Source: Ginglymostoma cirratum (Eukaryota). From it: DNA of 64,000 nucleotides. Under the pieces are notes generated by a model. It made no database searches. It was not told the DNA's origin and saw nothing but the letters and a program-made list of their open reading frames with translations. The stretch is from positions 39,061,067 through 39,125,066 of the forward strand of contig JAHRHZ010000263.1 in assembly GCA_024137785.1 (NCBI GenBank), read 5' to 3'. Shown here one piece after another: positions 36,177 through 48,675 of the stretch. Numbering within the stretch: the first letter of the stretch is position 1; each line of letters starts with the position of its first letter. Position numbers and translations under genes: made by a program.

Positions 36177-38175
36177 AAAATCCACAAACCTGAATGAAAC
36201 CATCCACAACCTCATCACCTCAGGTGACCTCCCACCCACCGCCTCCAAACTCATCGTTCCCCAACCCCGCACCGCCCGCTTCTATCTCCTTCCCAAAATC
36301 CACAAACCTGAATGTCCCTACCTACGTCCGTGACACCACCCACGCCCTCCACCTCCTCCAGAACTTCCAATTCCCCGGTCCCCAACACTTCATTTTTACT
36401 ATGGACGTCCAGTCCCTATACACCTGTATTCCCCACGCAGATGGCCTAAAGGCCCTCCGCTTCTTCCTGTCCTGCAGAACTGACCAATCTCCCTCCACCG
36501 ATACCCTCATCCGCTTAGCCGAACTCGTCCTCACCCTCAACAACTTCTCTTTCAATTCCTCCCACTTCCTACAGACAAATGGGGTGGCCATGGGTACCCG
36601 CATGGGCCCAAGCTATGCCTGCCTCTTTGTAGGTTATGTGGAACAATCCCTCTTCCGTACCTACACTGGCCCCAAACCCCACCTCTTCCTCCGTTACATT
36701 GATGACTGCATCGGCGCCGCCTCATGCTCCCACGAGGAGCTCGAACAGTTCGTCCACTTCACCAACACCTTCCACCCCAACCTGAAGTTCACCTGGACCA
36801 TCTCCAACACTTCTCTCTCCTTCCTGGACCTCTCTGTCTACATCTTGGGTAACCACCTAGAAACAGATGTCCATTTCAAGCCCACTGACTCCCACAGCTA
36901 CCTGGAATACACCTCCTCCCACCCACCTTCCTGCAAAAATGCCATCCCCTATTCCCAATTCCTTCGCCTCTGCCGCATCTGCTCCCAGGATGAGACATTC
37001 CACTCCCGCACATCTCAGATGTCCTCATTCTTCAAGGACCGCAACATCCCCCCCACAGTGGTCGAGAACGCCCTCGACCGTGTCTCCCGCATTTCCCGTA
37101 ACACATCCCTCACGCCCCGTCCCCGCAATAATAACCAAAAAAGAATCCCCCTCATCCTCACGTACCACCCCACCAACCTCCGGATCCAACGCATCATCCT
37201 CTGACACATCCGCCATCTGCAATCAGACCCCACCACCAAAGACATTTTTCCCTCCCCACCCTTATCTGCCTTCTGGAGGGACCACTCCCTCCGCGACTCC
37301 CTTGTCCGCTCCACACTCCCCTCCAGCCCCACCACACCCGGCACTTTTCCCTGCAACTGCAGGAAGTGCTACACCCGCCCCCACACCTCCTCCCTCACCC
37401 CAATCCCAGGCCCCAAGAAGACTTTCCACATCAGGCAGATGTTCACCTGCACATCTGCCAATGTGGTATACTGCATCCGCTGTACACGTTGTGGCTTCCT
37501 CTACATCGGGGAAACCAAGCGGAGGCTTGGGGACCGCTTTGCAGAACACCTGCGCTCAGTTCGCAACAAACAACTGCACCTCCCAGTCGCGAACCATTTC
37601 AACTCCCCCTCCCATTCCTCAGACGACATGTCCATCCTGGGCCTCCTGCAATGCCACAGTGATGCCACCCGAAGGCTGCAGGAACAGCAAATCATATTCA
37701 GCCTGGGAACCGTGCAGCCCAATGGTATCAATGTGGATTTCACAAGCTTCAAAATCTCCCCTCCCCCAACCGCATCCCAAAACCAGCCCAGCTCATCTCC
37801 ACCTCCCTAACCTGTTTTTCATCTCACCTATCCCCTCCTCCCACCTCAAGCCACACCCCCATCTCCTATCTACTAACATCATCCCGCCCCCTTGACCTGT
37901 CCGTCCTCCCTGGACTGAACTATCTCCTCCCTACCCCCCTACCTACACTCACCTTTACTGGCTCCATCCCCGCCTCTTCGACTTGTCTGCCTCCTCTCCA
38001 CCTATCCTCTCCTCTATCCATCCTCTATCTGCCTCCCCCTCTCTCCCTATTTATTTCAGAACCCTCTTCCCCTCCCCCATTTCTGATGAAGGGTCTAGGC
38101 CCGAAACGTCAAGTTTTCCTGCTCCTATGATGCTGCTTGACCTGCTGTGTTCATCCAGCCCCACGCTTGTTATCT
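36177..38175 (+). mobile_element. Penelope-like element with RT + GIY-YIG ORF, 5'-truncated and disrupted
   Basis: RT motifs FYLLPKIHKP, TMDVQSLYT, GVAMGTRMGPSYA, LRYIDD and FLDL. A single in-frame TGA at 37202-37204 is followed by the same frame continuing to the GIY-YIG domain (YCIRC..CGFLYIGET..RF.EH), ending at 37810. Confidence 0.95.
38080..38113 (+). ncRNA. Minimal hammerhead ribozyme motif, sense to the MGAT4A pre-mRNA
   Basis: TTT-CTGATGA-A-GGGTC(TA)GGCCC-GAAA-CG-TC-AAG. Confidence 0.75.
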
Positions 38176-39634
38176 ACAATAAAATATTTGGTTGGAATCG
38201 TGTGGAGGTAACAAGAGGTCTCTGCCACTGGCTGGGGAGTCAGTAAGACCTCTGCATTGCCTCTTTATAAAGGTCTTGCCCCATTCTCTACCACTCAGGC
38301 ACTTAGCTGGGCAGCTACTGGATCAAGGACTCTCTGGGTGAAAGTGGAGCGGTGCAGAAAAATCAGAGATGTTGCAGCTCTTTACCTGCTCAATGATAAA
38401 GGTGGATGATAGAGGGTAGGCGGGATGGGGGGCAAGAAGGTTCAGCAGCAAGGGCAGGGTGGGTGGAAGGGGTGGGGTTAGCATGACTCCCTCACCTTCC
38501 CTTCAATCAACCAATGAAAGCCTTAGAACAAGCAACTTCTACTGGGTTTGCATGTTACACTTGCCATATGGTGGCATATAAGTGGATTATTATTTGCCCA
38601 CATAACGTTCCTCTTGGCAACAAGGCAACAAGGCAGTCCATGGACCTTCCTACTGCAGAGTTAATTAGGCCCCTACCCTCTATTCTGCCTAGTTAAATGC
38701 CCTCTCTCCCCTTACTACCAGCAATCTCACTGACTGGTGGCCATCAACTTATGCCCACTGTCTAAGTCACCTTATATTGAGCACAGTGTGTGGCTGGCAA
38801 GGCTAACCTTGCAAATCAAAATGAACCTGCACCAAGTTGATGTGTGAAGGAGGCTGAAAGCGCTAAGCCATCTGGGGATACTTAATTAGGGGAAATTAGC
38901 ATAAATGAAAGGTAGAGGCCGTGGTGATTTCCAAACACCATTGAATCTCAGAATTGTGACTTCCCCCTCTTTTCTTCTTTCGCTCCCTCCAGACAACCAC
39001 AGACAGGACAAATAATTTGGCACCCATTTAAAAAAAAATGCTATTAGATCACATAAAAATTCTTTGATTCTGTGTCACGCATCTTTGAACCATTCTGCGT
39101 TCTTCCAGTGCTCAATTAGCATGCTGATTCCTATTAACACCTTTCTAAAGCAGCAATTTTCTTGCAGTACCTGAAATGGTAATGCTCATTTGAAGCTGCT
39201 AAGGGGATTTATAAAAAACAACAGCCTCAATCTAACAATGAAATTGGCACTCGTCCAAAACTTTGATAGTCTTTTTACTTATCTGTTTTCTGTGGCATCA
39301 TTACCTAGATCCCTGCTAATTGAAAACAACAGGGCCTAAACTCAGCATCTCATGTGCTTGGAGCCACTGTTAAATTCAGTTGGGCCTTTTTCTAGCCTCC
39401 CACTGTGTGGAGACCTCATTTCTCTCAAGCCTATTGCTAGAATACCTTGCAAAATGAGTTGCAAAGGAGAGGGTGCTTGCACCAAGAAGCCAGCAGGTCA
39501 GCTGGAATAAGGCTTAAGGTGGACCAAGGACAAGGAGGTGTATACCTCCTATCTCCATGTCAAGACAGGACTGCACCACCCCAGACTCACCCCTTCTACC
39601 TCTGCACTCTAAAGGGAAAGCTTCCCCAGTCTTA

Positions 39635-39820
39635 CTGGACAGTAGGGCTGCTCTCCCATTAGAGAGAGAGTGGTAGCTTAACCTGAGGGTCACTACTCCT
39701 CGGGTGAGGGGAGAGGGTGGAAAGGAGAATCTTTCACGGTAACATCAGCTGTTTTGGGAATTGAACACATGTTGTTGGCGTCACTTAGCATCATAAACCA
39801 GGCAACTAAGATAGCCAATC
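39635..39820 (-). mobile_element. Degraded tRNA-derived SINE
   Basis: The minus strand has a B-box-like tgtgttcaattccc preceded by gtgacgccaacaac. A related head occurs at about 32770-32850. Confidence 0.5.
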
Positions 39821-39849
39821 TCTTGCACTCTGCTGTGTATCTGAACCAG

Positions 39850-40670
39850 CTGAAACATGCCAAACTGTAAGTGGCAAACTTTTTGCATTGATTATTGGTG
39901 AATGCCAGTTACCAAAATTCAGATCAGGTCTAAGAACCAAAATAGGATAATCTTTGGACATCCCAAATGGTTTCAGGTGATGAATGAAGTTGGATCCCAT
40001 TGCCATCACAGTCTAGAATCTTTTACAGAGGAGTACCAAGCTATCAACATATCTTCCAACAGCAGATGGTGTCAGAATAACTGTTCTTCTGAAACTTGCT
40101 CGATGGTAAATTCTCATCTTGCCACATAATGAATATTGACCTGCGCTGCACTGTCCGTCACGTACAGAAACAACATGATGTACAGGTACCTTCATGTCGG
40201 AAAAGACAAGACTTCTTCAGGTGGCACATTCTGAACTCTGAGATCACAACCAATCAACCAAATCAAACTGTGTTCCCCTGCCACGTCCAATCATGAATGG
40301 CAGTGGACAGTCAACTCACTGTAAGAGGAGGCTCCATAAGCATCCCCATCCCCAAGGATGAAGGAGCCTGGCAGGCCAGAGTTTTATAAAAACAAAAGGC
40401 TGATTGTTTCCATCCACCTTCAGCTAGAAGTGCTAAGATTCAGCCTGGCAAGTTATCCACCAGGTCACATACTATCCTGAATTTAGAATTATATCCTTCA
40501 CAGTTACTAGGTCAACACTCTGTAATTCCCTCCCTAACAGCTCAGTAGATGCACCACATGGACTGCTGTGATTCAAGAAGGTTGCACACCACTGCCTTTT
40601 GAAGATAAATTAGGTACGGGAAACAAATCCTAGCCTTGCCGGCACTAACTACATTTCACAAATTAACAAG
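39850..40670 (+). mobile_element. Highly degraded CR1/L2-group LINE pieces
   Basis: Segments resemble 13610-13760 (aactcactg..ggaggaggctcc..catccccatcc) and the shared 3' tail. Confidence 0.5.
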
Positions 40671-41909
40671 AAAGATCTCAGTCGAGTGCACCGTGTAGGT
40701 CATATGTACCTCTGCCAGCAATAGAGGCGGTGAATATTAAACTGGTCATAGGCACCTTTCAAGTGAAGACTCAAGGTAGAGCAGGTTTCAGTCTTCCTCA
40801 ATATTGCTGCAGCTGACACAGAGAAGTAGCAGGTATTGTACCATAAACCTGACTAGAACCATGTAATGATGGAGCAACTTTGAGGGATGGTTGTTTTGCA
40901 CCGATCACCCAGCTTCTACATTCTCCATAACCACGGCATCAGTAACTAATTCATTTAAATTTCTGCTCAATGGCTACGCCCCAAGGTATTCATTGTGGGG
41001 TGATGGTGCAGCTGCTCAAAGCAATAGGGAAATGTCCTGGGTTTTTTCATGGTCAGGAACATAATTACGCAACACTTGCTGGCCTGCAGCACAACCTGAA
41101 TAACGTGCAGACAATAAGCCGCCATGGGACTGTAGCAATAGCAGCGGAATTCTGAATGGAGGAGCATGCTGCGGAAGTATCAATGAACGGGCCAACCTTT
41201 AGATGGCTGGGAACAAACAAAATAGCAGGTGATGACAAGGTGACACAAGAAGAAAAACATTGGCTCAAACTTGAACGGCCTGTCTCCATACTACAACAAT
41301 CTAACAAGCTGCTGACAGTAAATATTTCAAGGTTACAACTGGGTCTTTTTTTTATTTTTATTTTTATTTTCACAGCCACATCTTGATTTGCTTGACTGGC
41401 TGCTGACATGGTACAACAGCGCTAAAAGCTTATGTTAAGTGACTGTTGTCACACTGCTTTGAGCTCTGGACTGTGGGTTGGTCTGGGATATTGCTGATGC
41501 GGGAGGTTAGACATTAATAAATGCTGCATTTCTCACTTCTTTTTAGACTATCATTAAGCAACTGTGAATTGTTAAAATAGGTTATGCTTATAACCCCACC
41601 CAACATCCAGTCACATTTTGCTTGATGTACTAAACAGTTTTATTGCAGATCAATTATTCTGGCAATCATTTTCTTTCGAATGAGTGTTTATGGTCATTAC
41701 CTTTAATCTTCTATTAATTTCCTCTTTATAGTGAAAGAAAGCTCAAGAGCATTGCCAAACAAAAAAGCTCTTGGTAGGATTTGCAATGAGAATTCAACTT
41801 TATTCTCTGTTTCAATGTTTTTTTTCCTGCACTAAATTGCCTTTTGCAATGTGGTTCAACTTTGGGTGACCATTTTTGTCTAATTGTCTGTCAATTCTTT
41901 TGCTTCTAG

Positions 41910-42043
41910 TGTCCTTAGTTTTGGGGATTCCAACTGTGAAGAGAAAAGTTAAGTCCTATCTTGCAGAAACACTTCACTCGTTAATAGATAAGCTGTCTCC
42001 TGAAGAGAAACTAGATTGTGTTATAGTGGTGTTCATAGGAGAG
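41910..42043 (+). CDS. MGAT4A: MGAT4A internal coding exon (start of GT54 catalytic region), 134 nt
   Basis: ttctAG acceptor and GAG|GTAAGA donor. Encodes (V)[44 protein letters not shown]. Confidence 0.96.
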
Positions 42044-42326
42044 GTAAGAATACTGCCTGTTTGGTTAATTGTTACATTTGGCTCTCTATTTTAATGAAAC
42101 TTCTTATAAATGTGAATGTTTCCAATTGTGTTTCTTTGTGATAGATATCACTGAAATAAAACCAGTTCTCTATTTTTGATTCCACTTTATGCAGTATCCA
42201 TATCTAATCCTCAAATGTTCTTAACTTGCCCCAGTCACTTTTTAGAATTATTGAATGCAACAAATACATACCCTATTTACCAACAGTGGGCTCTACGTCC
42301 TGGGAAATACGTCAACATCATCAACT

Positions 42327-42669
42327 GGGCAGCACAGTGGCTCAGTGGTTAACACTGCTGCGTCACAGCGCCAGGGACCCAGGTTCGATTCCACCCTCAA
42401 TTGACTGTGTGCAGTTTGCATATTCTCCTTGTCTCTGTGTGGGTTTCCTCCAGGTGCTCTGGTTTCCTCCTGTAGTCCAAAGATGTGCAGGTAAGGTGGA
42501 TTGGCCATGATAAATTGCCCATAGTATCCAGGGATGTGCAGCTAGGTGGGTTAGCCATGGGGAAAATGCAGGGTTACAGGGATAGGCTGGGTCTGGGTGG
42601 GATGTTGTTCGGAGAGTTGGTGTGGACTTGGTGGGTCAAATGGCCTGTTCCACAGAAGGGATTCTATGA
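42327..42669 (+). mobile_element. HE1-type V-SINE
   Basis: gggcagcacagtggctcagtggttaacactgctgcgtcacagcgccagggacccaggttcgattcc head, V core and gggattctatga tail. Confidence 0.85.
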
Positions 42670-45038
42670 AGGTTTATTCCAGTTAGTCTGTAAAGAAAAG
42701 AGATTTTTGAGGTTCATTATCCTTCAGACTCTTTGTTCTGAGTTGGCCCAGACGTATAGTTGAGAAGAAAGGGAAATTTGGAAGAATTCAAATTCCACTA
42801 CCTTAATATTTCCTCTCTTCCGCAAGCAAAATGTTGCACCTAGGTGCAAACTTCCAGCAGTTACCATCTAAATTGGCTGACAAGAAATATAATATATTTA
42901 ATTAGGTAGTATTGAAAGTGTTTTAAAGAAGCTTAAAGCAGCCTTTGTCTTATATAGCTTCCAAGCTTCAATGCTGTTGGTTCCATTGTGGGTTATAATG
43001 TCAAATGGTTTTGCTTTACCTCATCTCCCTGCATCCCTTCAGATCATCAGTCCATTAATTGAGCTCCCCTTGGTCCAGGGAGACAAACTGCTAGTTCTCT
43101 TGCCCCGATTTGCAACTTATCTACACATCAAAGAACGGAATTACTTTCTAATTTTAATGATCTACACTTCCTCAGATCATTATCCCAAATCCTGATACTT
43201 CTTGGTGCTGGAGAAATTTTTTGCTCCCACTTCAATTTAATGAATTCAGCTTAAACTCTCAGGAATTGTGGGAATCCTGCAATATGGGCTGCTGATCAAC
43301 CATACCAAGTCAATGCAATTCAAAAATGTCCTGCTTTGTATTTTACTTAAGGTTTTAAAATGATATTAAACATCGTTTCTCACCATTTCCACCCAATCCA
43401 ACTTTCCTGCTAAATCTATGTATGCCCCAAATCTGTTCTCTTGCAGCCTAACATAGAGAATTTGGCACTAATTAAATCCACTGGGCGTTTCGAAGAGTTC
43501 TAATCAACAGATTAGCAACGACCTTAATTGAGAAACATGTTGTTTGTTCAGTTCAGCCTCCCTGACTTCACTATCCAGGGCTTTGCTAATCCTGACTCTG
43601 AGATGACAAGACACAAACCTTGTTTCAGTTTCCATGTTGTTCTCTCCCTATCCATAGGTCCATTTTTCATCCCTGTTCAAACTACACTGCTGCACTGCAC
43701 ATCACTTCCTGCTCAATTCATCCACCAGACCAAGGGACTGGAGGTGATCCTCTCCCTGGAGATTCACTCTGTCTCTGCTGTGACGCCTAACCACCTAGCT
43801 GAGTTTGCAGCAAATTTTGCAAGAGAGGAAATTTTAGGAAAGGCAGCGCATGATAAATATAATAGGTTTATTGATGGAATTACAAAGAGAGACCGAGAAA
43901 CTGGGTTAGTGACAAGAAGTAAGGAGGGAGCTGGAGAAACAGCTGGAAGCCATAGCAATCGGTGACAATGCCAGGTTGAAGAAAAGGTGAACAGTAAGAC
44001 TCTGGCAGATCAAAGTGCACCATTTGAAAAAGGATGATGATATACAGGTGGAGATAGTTAGCTGGCAAAAATATGCAGAATGCTAATTGTAAAGGGAGAG
44101 GAGGTGGTTCGCGTGAATGAGAAGATTTTGGAATACAGAGCTGCAAACTACAAGGCATGAAAAATGTAATTCTGTTCAGGAATTCAAGTAGACTTCCTGA
44201 ACCATAAGAGTAAGGCCTTAAGCAGTTTATTAATGCTCTTTGAAACTAGTAATTTCTGTAGCTTTCAGACAGCCACTGAGATGTGTTTCATACACTGTGT
44301 GAAGATATTTTTAAACCGGTTACTGGCCGCTGCTATATCTGCCACAGGGAAAGATCTTTACACCAGGCAGGAAAGTGATTTCTGACATTAGCTTGTAATG
44401 TGATAGAAAGAAAATTGTACCTAGAATGAATTTTGCGGCTTGTTGCTGTCAATGGTTATGTGATGAATGTTTTCTACCATTGCATAAATTTTCTATAAAA
44501 TACCAAAGCTTACCTTTTAAATTTAAAATGCTCTGGCTCTGATTCTTTATTGTAACATATAAAGCAATTGTCTTTGAAGTGCACTTGCTGCCACGCACTC
44601 CAAATGTCATTTGAGATTTAGTGCACAAGTGTTATAGTTTCATGAATATTGTTTTCCTTTTAGATGAATGGAACAGCCTTGACAATGATCTCAGTCCTCC
44701 ATCAGGAAAAATACAACACTTTTGTCATGCGCAGTTTGCCATTCTATGCTTATTTATATCTCAATTTATTTTGGAATGGTACAGTGATCTACAGCTGGTT
44801 CATACACAAATTTTCTGTTTCCTTTAAACAATAGACCAGTTACAGGGTACCATGCTGTGTGTTTTCATTCTTTCACATTTGTAGGAGTGGTTTCTCTAAG
44901 GGGAACAAGTTACCTTCCTTTAGTATGGTGAGCTTTAAAATGAAGCCCACAAGGCAATGAATAAAAGAAGCAACAGGTAGATCTTATAAATTTATGAATT
45001 TCAATAACAATAGATTTTACTTTTCTTTTTCTCAACAG

Positions 45039-45085
45039 ACTGATCTTGACCATGTTCATAGTGTCCTGGAAAGCCTGGAGAAAGA
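45039..45085 (+). CDS. MGAT4A: MGAT4A small coding exon, 47 nt (not in the ORF track)
   Basis: Long polypyrimidine tract plus caacAG acceptor, GA|GTAAGT donor. Encodes TDLDHVHSVLESLEK(E), cf. mammalian TDIDYVHGVVANLEKE. Confidence 0.93.
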
Positions 45086-45863
45086 GTAAGTTAAATTAGA
45101 TTCAAAGCAGTATCATGAAAATATATTTCAGCCTGTAATCAGTTTTGTCTGAATATGCTGTAGAGAATAGCTAAATTATTTTGCCAATGCATATCTGAAT
45201 ATCTATCCCCGTTTACCTAAATGGTTACGAAAGCACTGTGTCTTTCTTCTGTTATTAAAAATGGACCCTCAAAGGTGTCTCAGTTCAGTTGAACATGCAT
45301 TGAACATCAAAGATAAATTTTATTTTGGAAAAGTTGCTTCAATACACAAACGTGTAAATTCAATTGATTGTGCTTTCTGGTACATGGTACTTTGGAATGG
45401 AGGACCGGAAATTCTGGACACAAATCATGTGGTAGATTTCATTTGAAATGACAAACAAAAAGACAATGGCCTAGGTTAAATAGCTTAGTCATAAAACTTG
45501 TCATATGCAACACTAAACTAAAATGATCATCTGGTGGCAGTAAGTTCAACTTGTTTATTTATGGTAGCACTTAATTTAAAATATTCATACTTTGTTTCCT
45601 TTTAACATTGCAAACATTGATCACCAGCCAGCATTTAAATCACAGTTAATGTGCTGCTGGTTGGGAACATCGAGGTGAAGAATATTTGGCTGAGGCAATT
45701 AAGGCTTATCTTTAAATTTCAGTAACTACTCTGTATTGGGTGTACTGTTTCCAAATCAGTGTGAATTCGATTTATCTTTTTAATGTCCAAAGCAATGAAC
45801 AATGAAAAGTCTTTGTACAAGTACTTTTATTTGTATAGAAACGTTGTTTTGATTTGTCGACAG

Positions 45864-45977
45864 ATTTTCCGCTGAAATCAATTCAGGGTTAATAGAAGTC
45901 ATTTCACCTCCTATCGCTTACTACCCAGAGTTGTCAAACCTGAGGGAAACCTTTGGAGATTCAAAAGAACGTGTCAG
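45864..45977 (+). CDS. MGAT4A: MGAT4A coding exon, 114 nt (not in the ORF track)
   Basis: gacAG acceptor and AG|GTAAAC donor. Encodes [37 protein letters not shown](R). Confidence 0.95.
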
Positions 45978-48104
45978 GTAAACCCTGCTATGGAAATTGA
46001 GCAATATGTTATAATATTCTTGGTCTTGAGCATGACACTACATTTACAGAGTCAGCTGAGCTAAGGAAACCATCCACTTCATTTAAAAGACATCTTATTT
46101 GTGACTTCATCTTGCCACAAGGCTGCAAGACAGAGTAAGATCATGTGATATTGCATCATTTTCTGTGAAGTAAACTTCTCAATAACATATTACACAGCTA
46201 GAATTAACCCTTCGTACTACATTCTCACCTGTCAATGAATTGATGAGCCCCGTGTAGACATTATGACATTGTCTTTGGTGAATGTTCATCAACATGGAAC
46301 TGGAAGAAAATTCAGATATCTTGCTATTGGATCAGCAGGATGCTGTGTTCCTGCTTCCAGAATAACTTCCAAAGGGCACATTGACACTGGTAGAGCTTAC
46401 CTGGGCAGCAACAAGGGGCATCCTGATTTTGTGAGCTGACTGTGGATAATGCCAGGATCTCCCTAGAACAGAACAGGCCCTCCAAGAGTCAAGGCTGAAA
46501 AATCCCTAAAGGTAGTTTCCAGTGGCTGACCTCTGAGGAAACCTGTGAGGTCTTCTACCTTCAATCCCTCTACTCCAACTGGAACAATAGCTATTGGAAG
46601 GCCACAGTAGCAGCCTGTGACTATCCCTTGGGGAGAATTCCCTTTCAAACAGCTAGCCTGGCAGCTGAAATCAGTGCGGATTTTACTAAATCAAATATCT
46701 TGACAGAGGATGCCTAAGGACGAAGGTGCCCTAGAAGTCACCACCAAGCCATGGCAGTGCCCACCTCTACCATAGGCTCTGCCATCCTTCCAAGACTACA
46801 GACTCATTGACTGGGCTTGTAAACTCAGGGAACCATCTCAAATGGATGGTTTACCGGAGGTGACATGTTTAATTGGACATCACTGGGAAGATTACCGGGC
46901 AGCCATTGCAGGGTTAGGATTTGGAAATGATTTCCAACTCCTATCTATAGTTTTTTCCAATTGGCACAAAATTGTACCCAATGTCATCAAACTGGAAGTT
47001 CACACAGAAGAGCAAGAGCTTGCTTTAGTTATCGAATTTCAATTTAAATCCATTAATGGACATTAAACCCATCTGGGTGTTCTGGATGAAGCATGCACAA
47101 AAATCAGTGTTGAGATTCTTTTACACAATTCATGTCCCTAGCTTTATGAAAATTGCAAACCAGTTACATTCTCTTCAGGTGTATTTGTAAAACATACTTG
47201 GAGGAGAAAAGTGTTTTAGCATGTATTTCTCCATTTTGTGTTTGATATGAATAACAGCCTGGCATTATTTTAATTCAAGACATGAGGATTGTAACAGTTT
47301 TGAATCTTCTAAAATTACTTCACAATATTAACTAGATGTGTTAAACCTTCTGTTCAAAATTACAGAAATTACATTTGGCTGATATTAAATTGCTCAAACA
47401 GATATAGAATCTGTCATTGTATTTTAGGCAATCACTTTTAAAATACCAGAGTTTGTTGCATGACTTTGATCAGTTAAAACAGAAAGATTGCTTTGTTTTA
47501 CTGTTAAACTTTGTCTTTAAATTCAACACCAAAACATAGGAGTTTATGTGCTTGGTACAATTTTGCAGTTTAGAACGTCTCATTTGAATCATAACTAGAA
47601 TTAAAACATCATCGTGATGATAAAAACTGCAGAATTGAGCTCTTGTATTATGTTGGAATAGCTAAGCCTCCAACTGTTGGGAGTCAAGTTGAGCTCAAGG
47701 TGATAACTGCTTTGGATTTCTTCCAGGGCAAATTGTTTGATTAACTCGTGGCACAGGCTTTCTATCAGGTCATCTAAGCTCCTGGCAACACTGATAAGTT
47801 TGCTTGATTTTTCACAAGGAAAAGGTGAACTACAATTACCTCAACTTGGCTTTGTGCAGAAAACAGAAAAAGATACCAGCCAAAAGCCAAAAGTTCCTCT
47901 CAAAGCTACCCTGCCAGGATTATAAGCAAGCTTGAAGCAACAGCAGAGGCACCATTGTGAAAGTGTCCAGTTATGGATGAAAATGTTGGATGATGAATTT
48001 TACTCATTAAGAAAGAGACCATTAATAAAAAATAGTTAATGTTAAAAAAACAGATAGATCGAGTCTTGAATATTATCTCGAGTTCTTTTGTGCTTTGTTC
48101 ATTT

Positions 48105-48675
48105 TTTTTTAATCAATCCGTATGGCAGGTGGGACTTGAAGGCAATTTCTAATCGATTGTTCAGGAATGTTTTGACACACCCAAAGAACAAGTGGGTCTT
48201 GAGCCCAGGCCTCCTGTCCCAGCGTCTGTACCACAAGGGCTCTGCTTTTGTCATCTATTTGCTTAAATCAAATGCCTGCCTTTCAGTAAGATTTTGGTTT
48301 AATTAGATCATGTAGATTCAATTGTTAGATTACCAGGTTTAATTATTTCATTAGGTTAGATAATTGACAACAATTGACAACTCACACGATTGAGTTCAGT
48401 TTTAGCAACAGGGTAGGTGCCACAAAAAGGGTTCTTGTGACACAGTGGTAGCATCCCTGCCTCTGAGCCAAAAGGCTTGGGTTCAAATCCCACCTGCTTC
48501 AGAGGTGTGCAGTGACATCTCTGAACAGTTTGATTTAAAAACATCTATATGCCACATAGAGGGCTCTTGCAGTGCAGATGCAGTGTCCCTACTTCTGGAC
48601 CAGGAGACCTGGGTTCAAGTTCCACCTGCTCAGGAGGTGAGTGAAAGCAAATCTGAACAAATTGATTAGAAAATA
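48105..48675. repeat. Cluster of short tRNA-derived units (two minus, two plus, pointing outward)
   Basis: Plus units at about 48429-48547 and 48559-48675 share gggttcaa.t.ccacctgct...ctgaaca..ttgatt.aaaa. Reverse-complement versions lie at about 48145-48243 and 48105-48140. Confidence 0.55.

Noticed and set aside
36867-37895. 342-aa Pro/Ser/Thr-rich ORF, the similar 10326-10907 ORF and the antisense ORFs nearby
   Set aside because: Alternative-frame shadows of the C-rich Penelope coding strand. No independent evidence of being genes.
42327-42400. tRNA-like sequences at SINE heads
   Set aside because: They continue into SINE bodies and lack a full cloverleaf, so they are not called tRNA genes.
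47700-47830. Two imperfect direct repeats of about 35 bp (tgataa...gattt.ttc.c.agg.aaa)
   Set aside because: Too degenerate and AT-rich to distinguish from chance.
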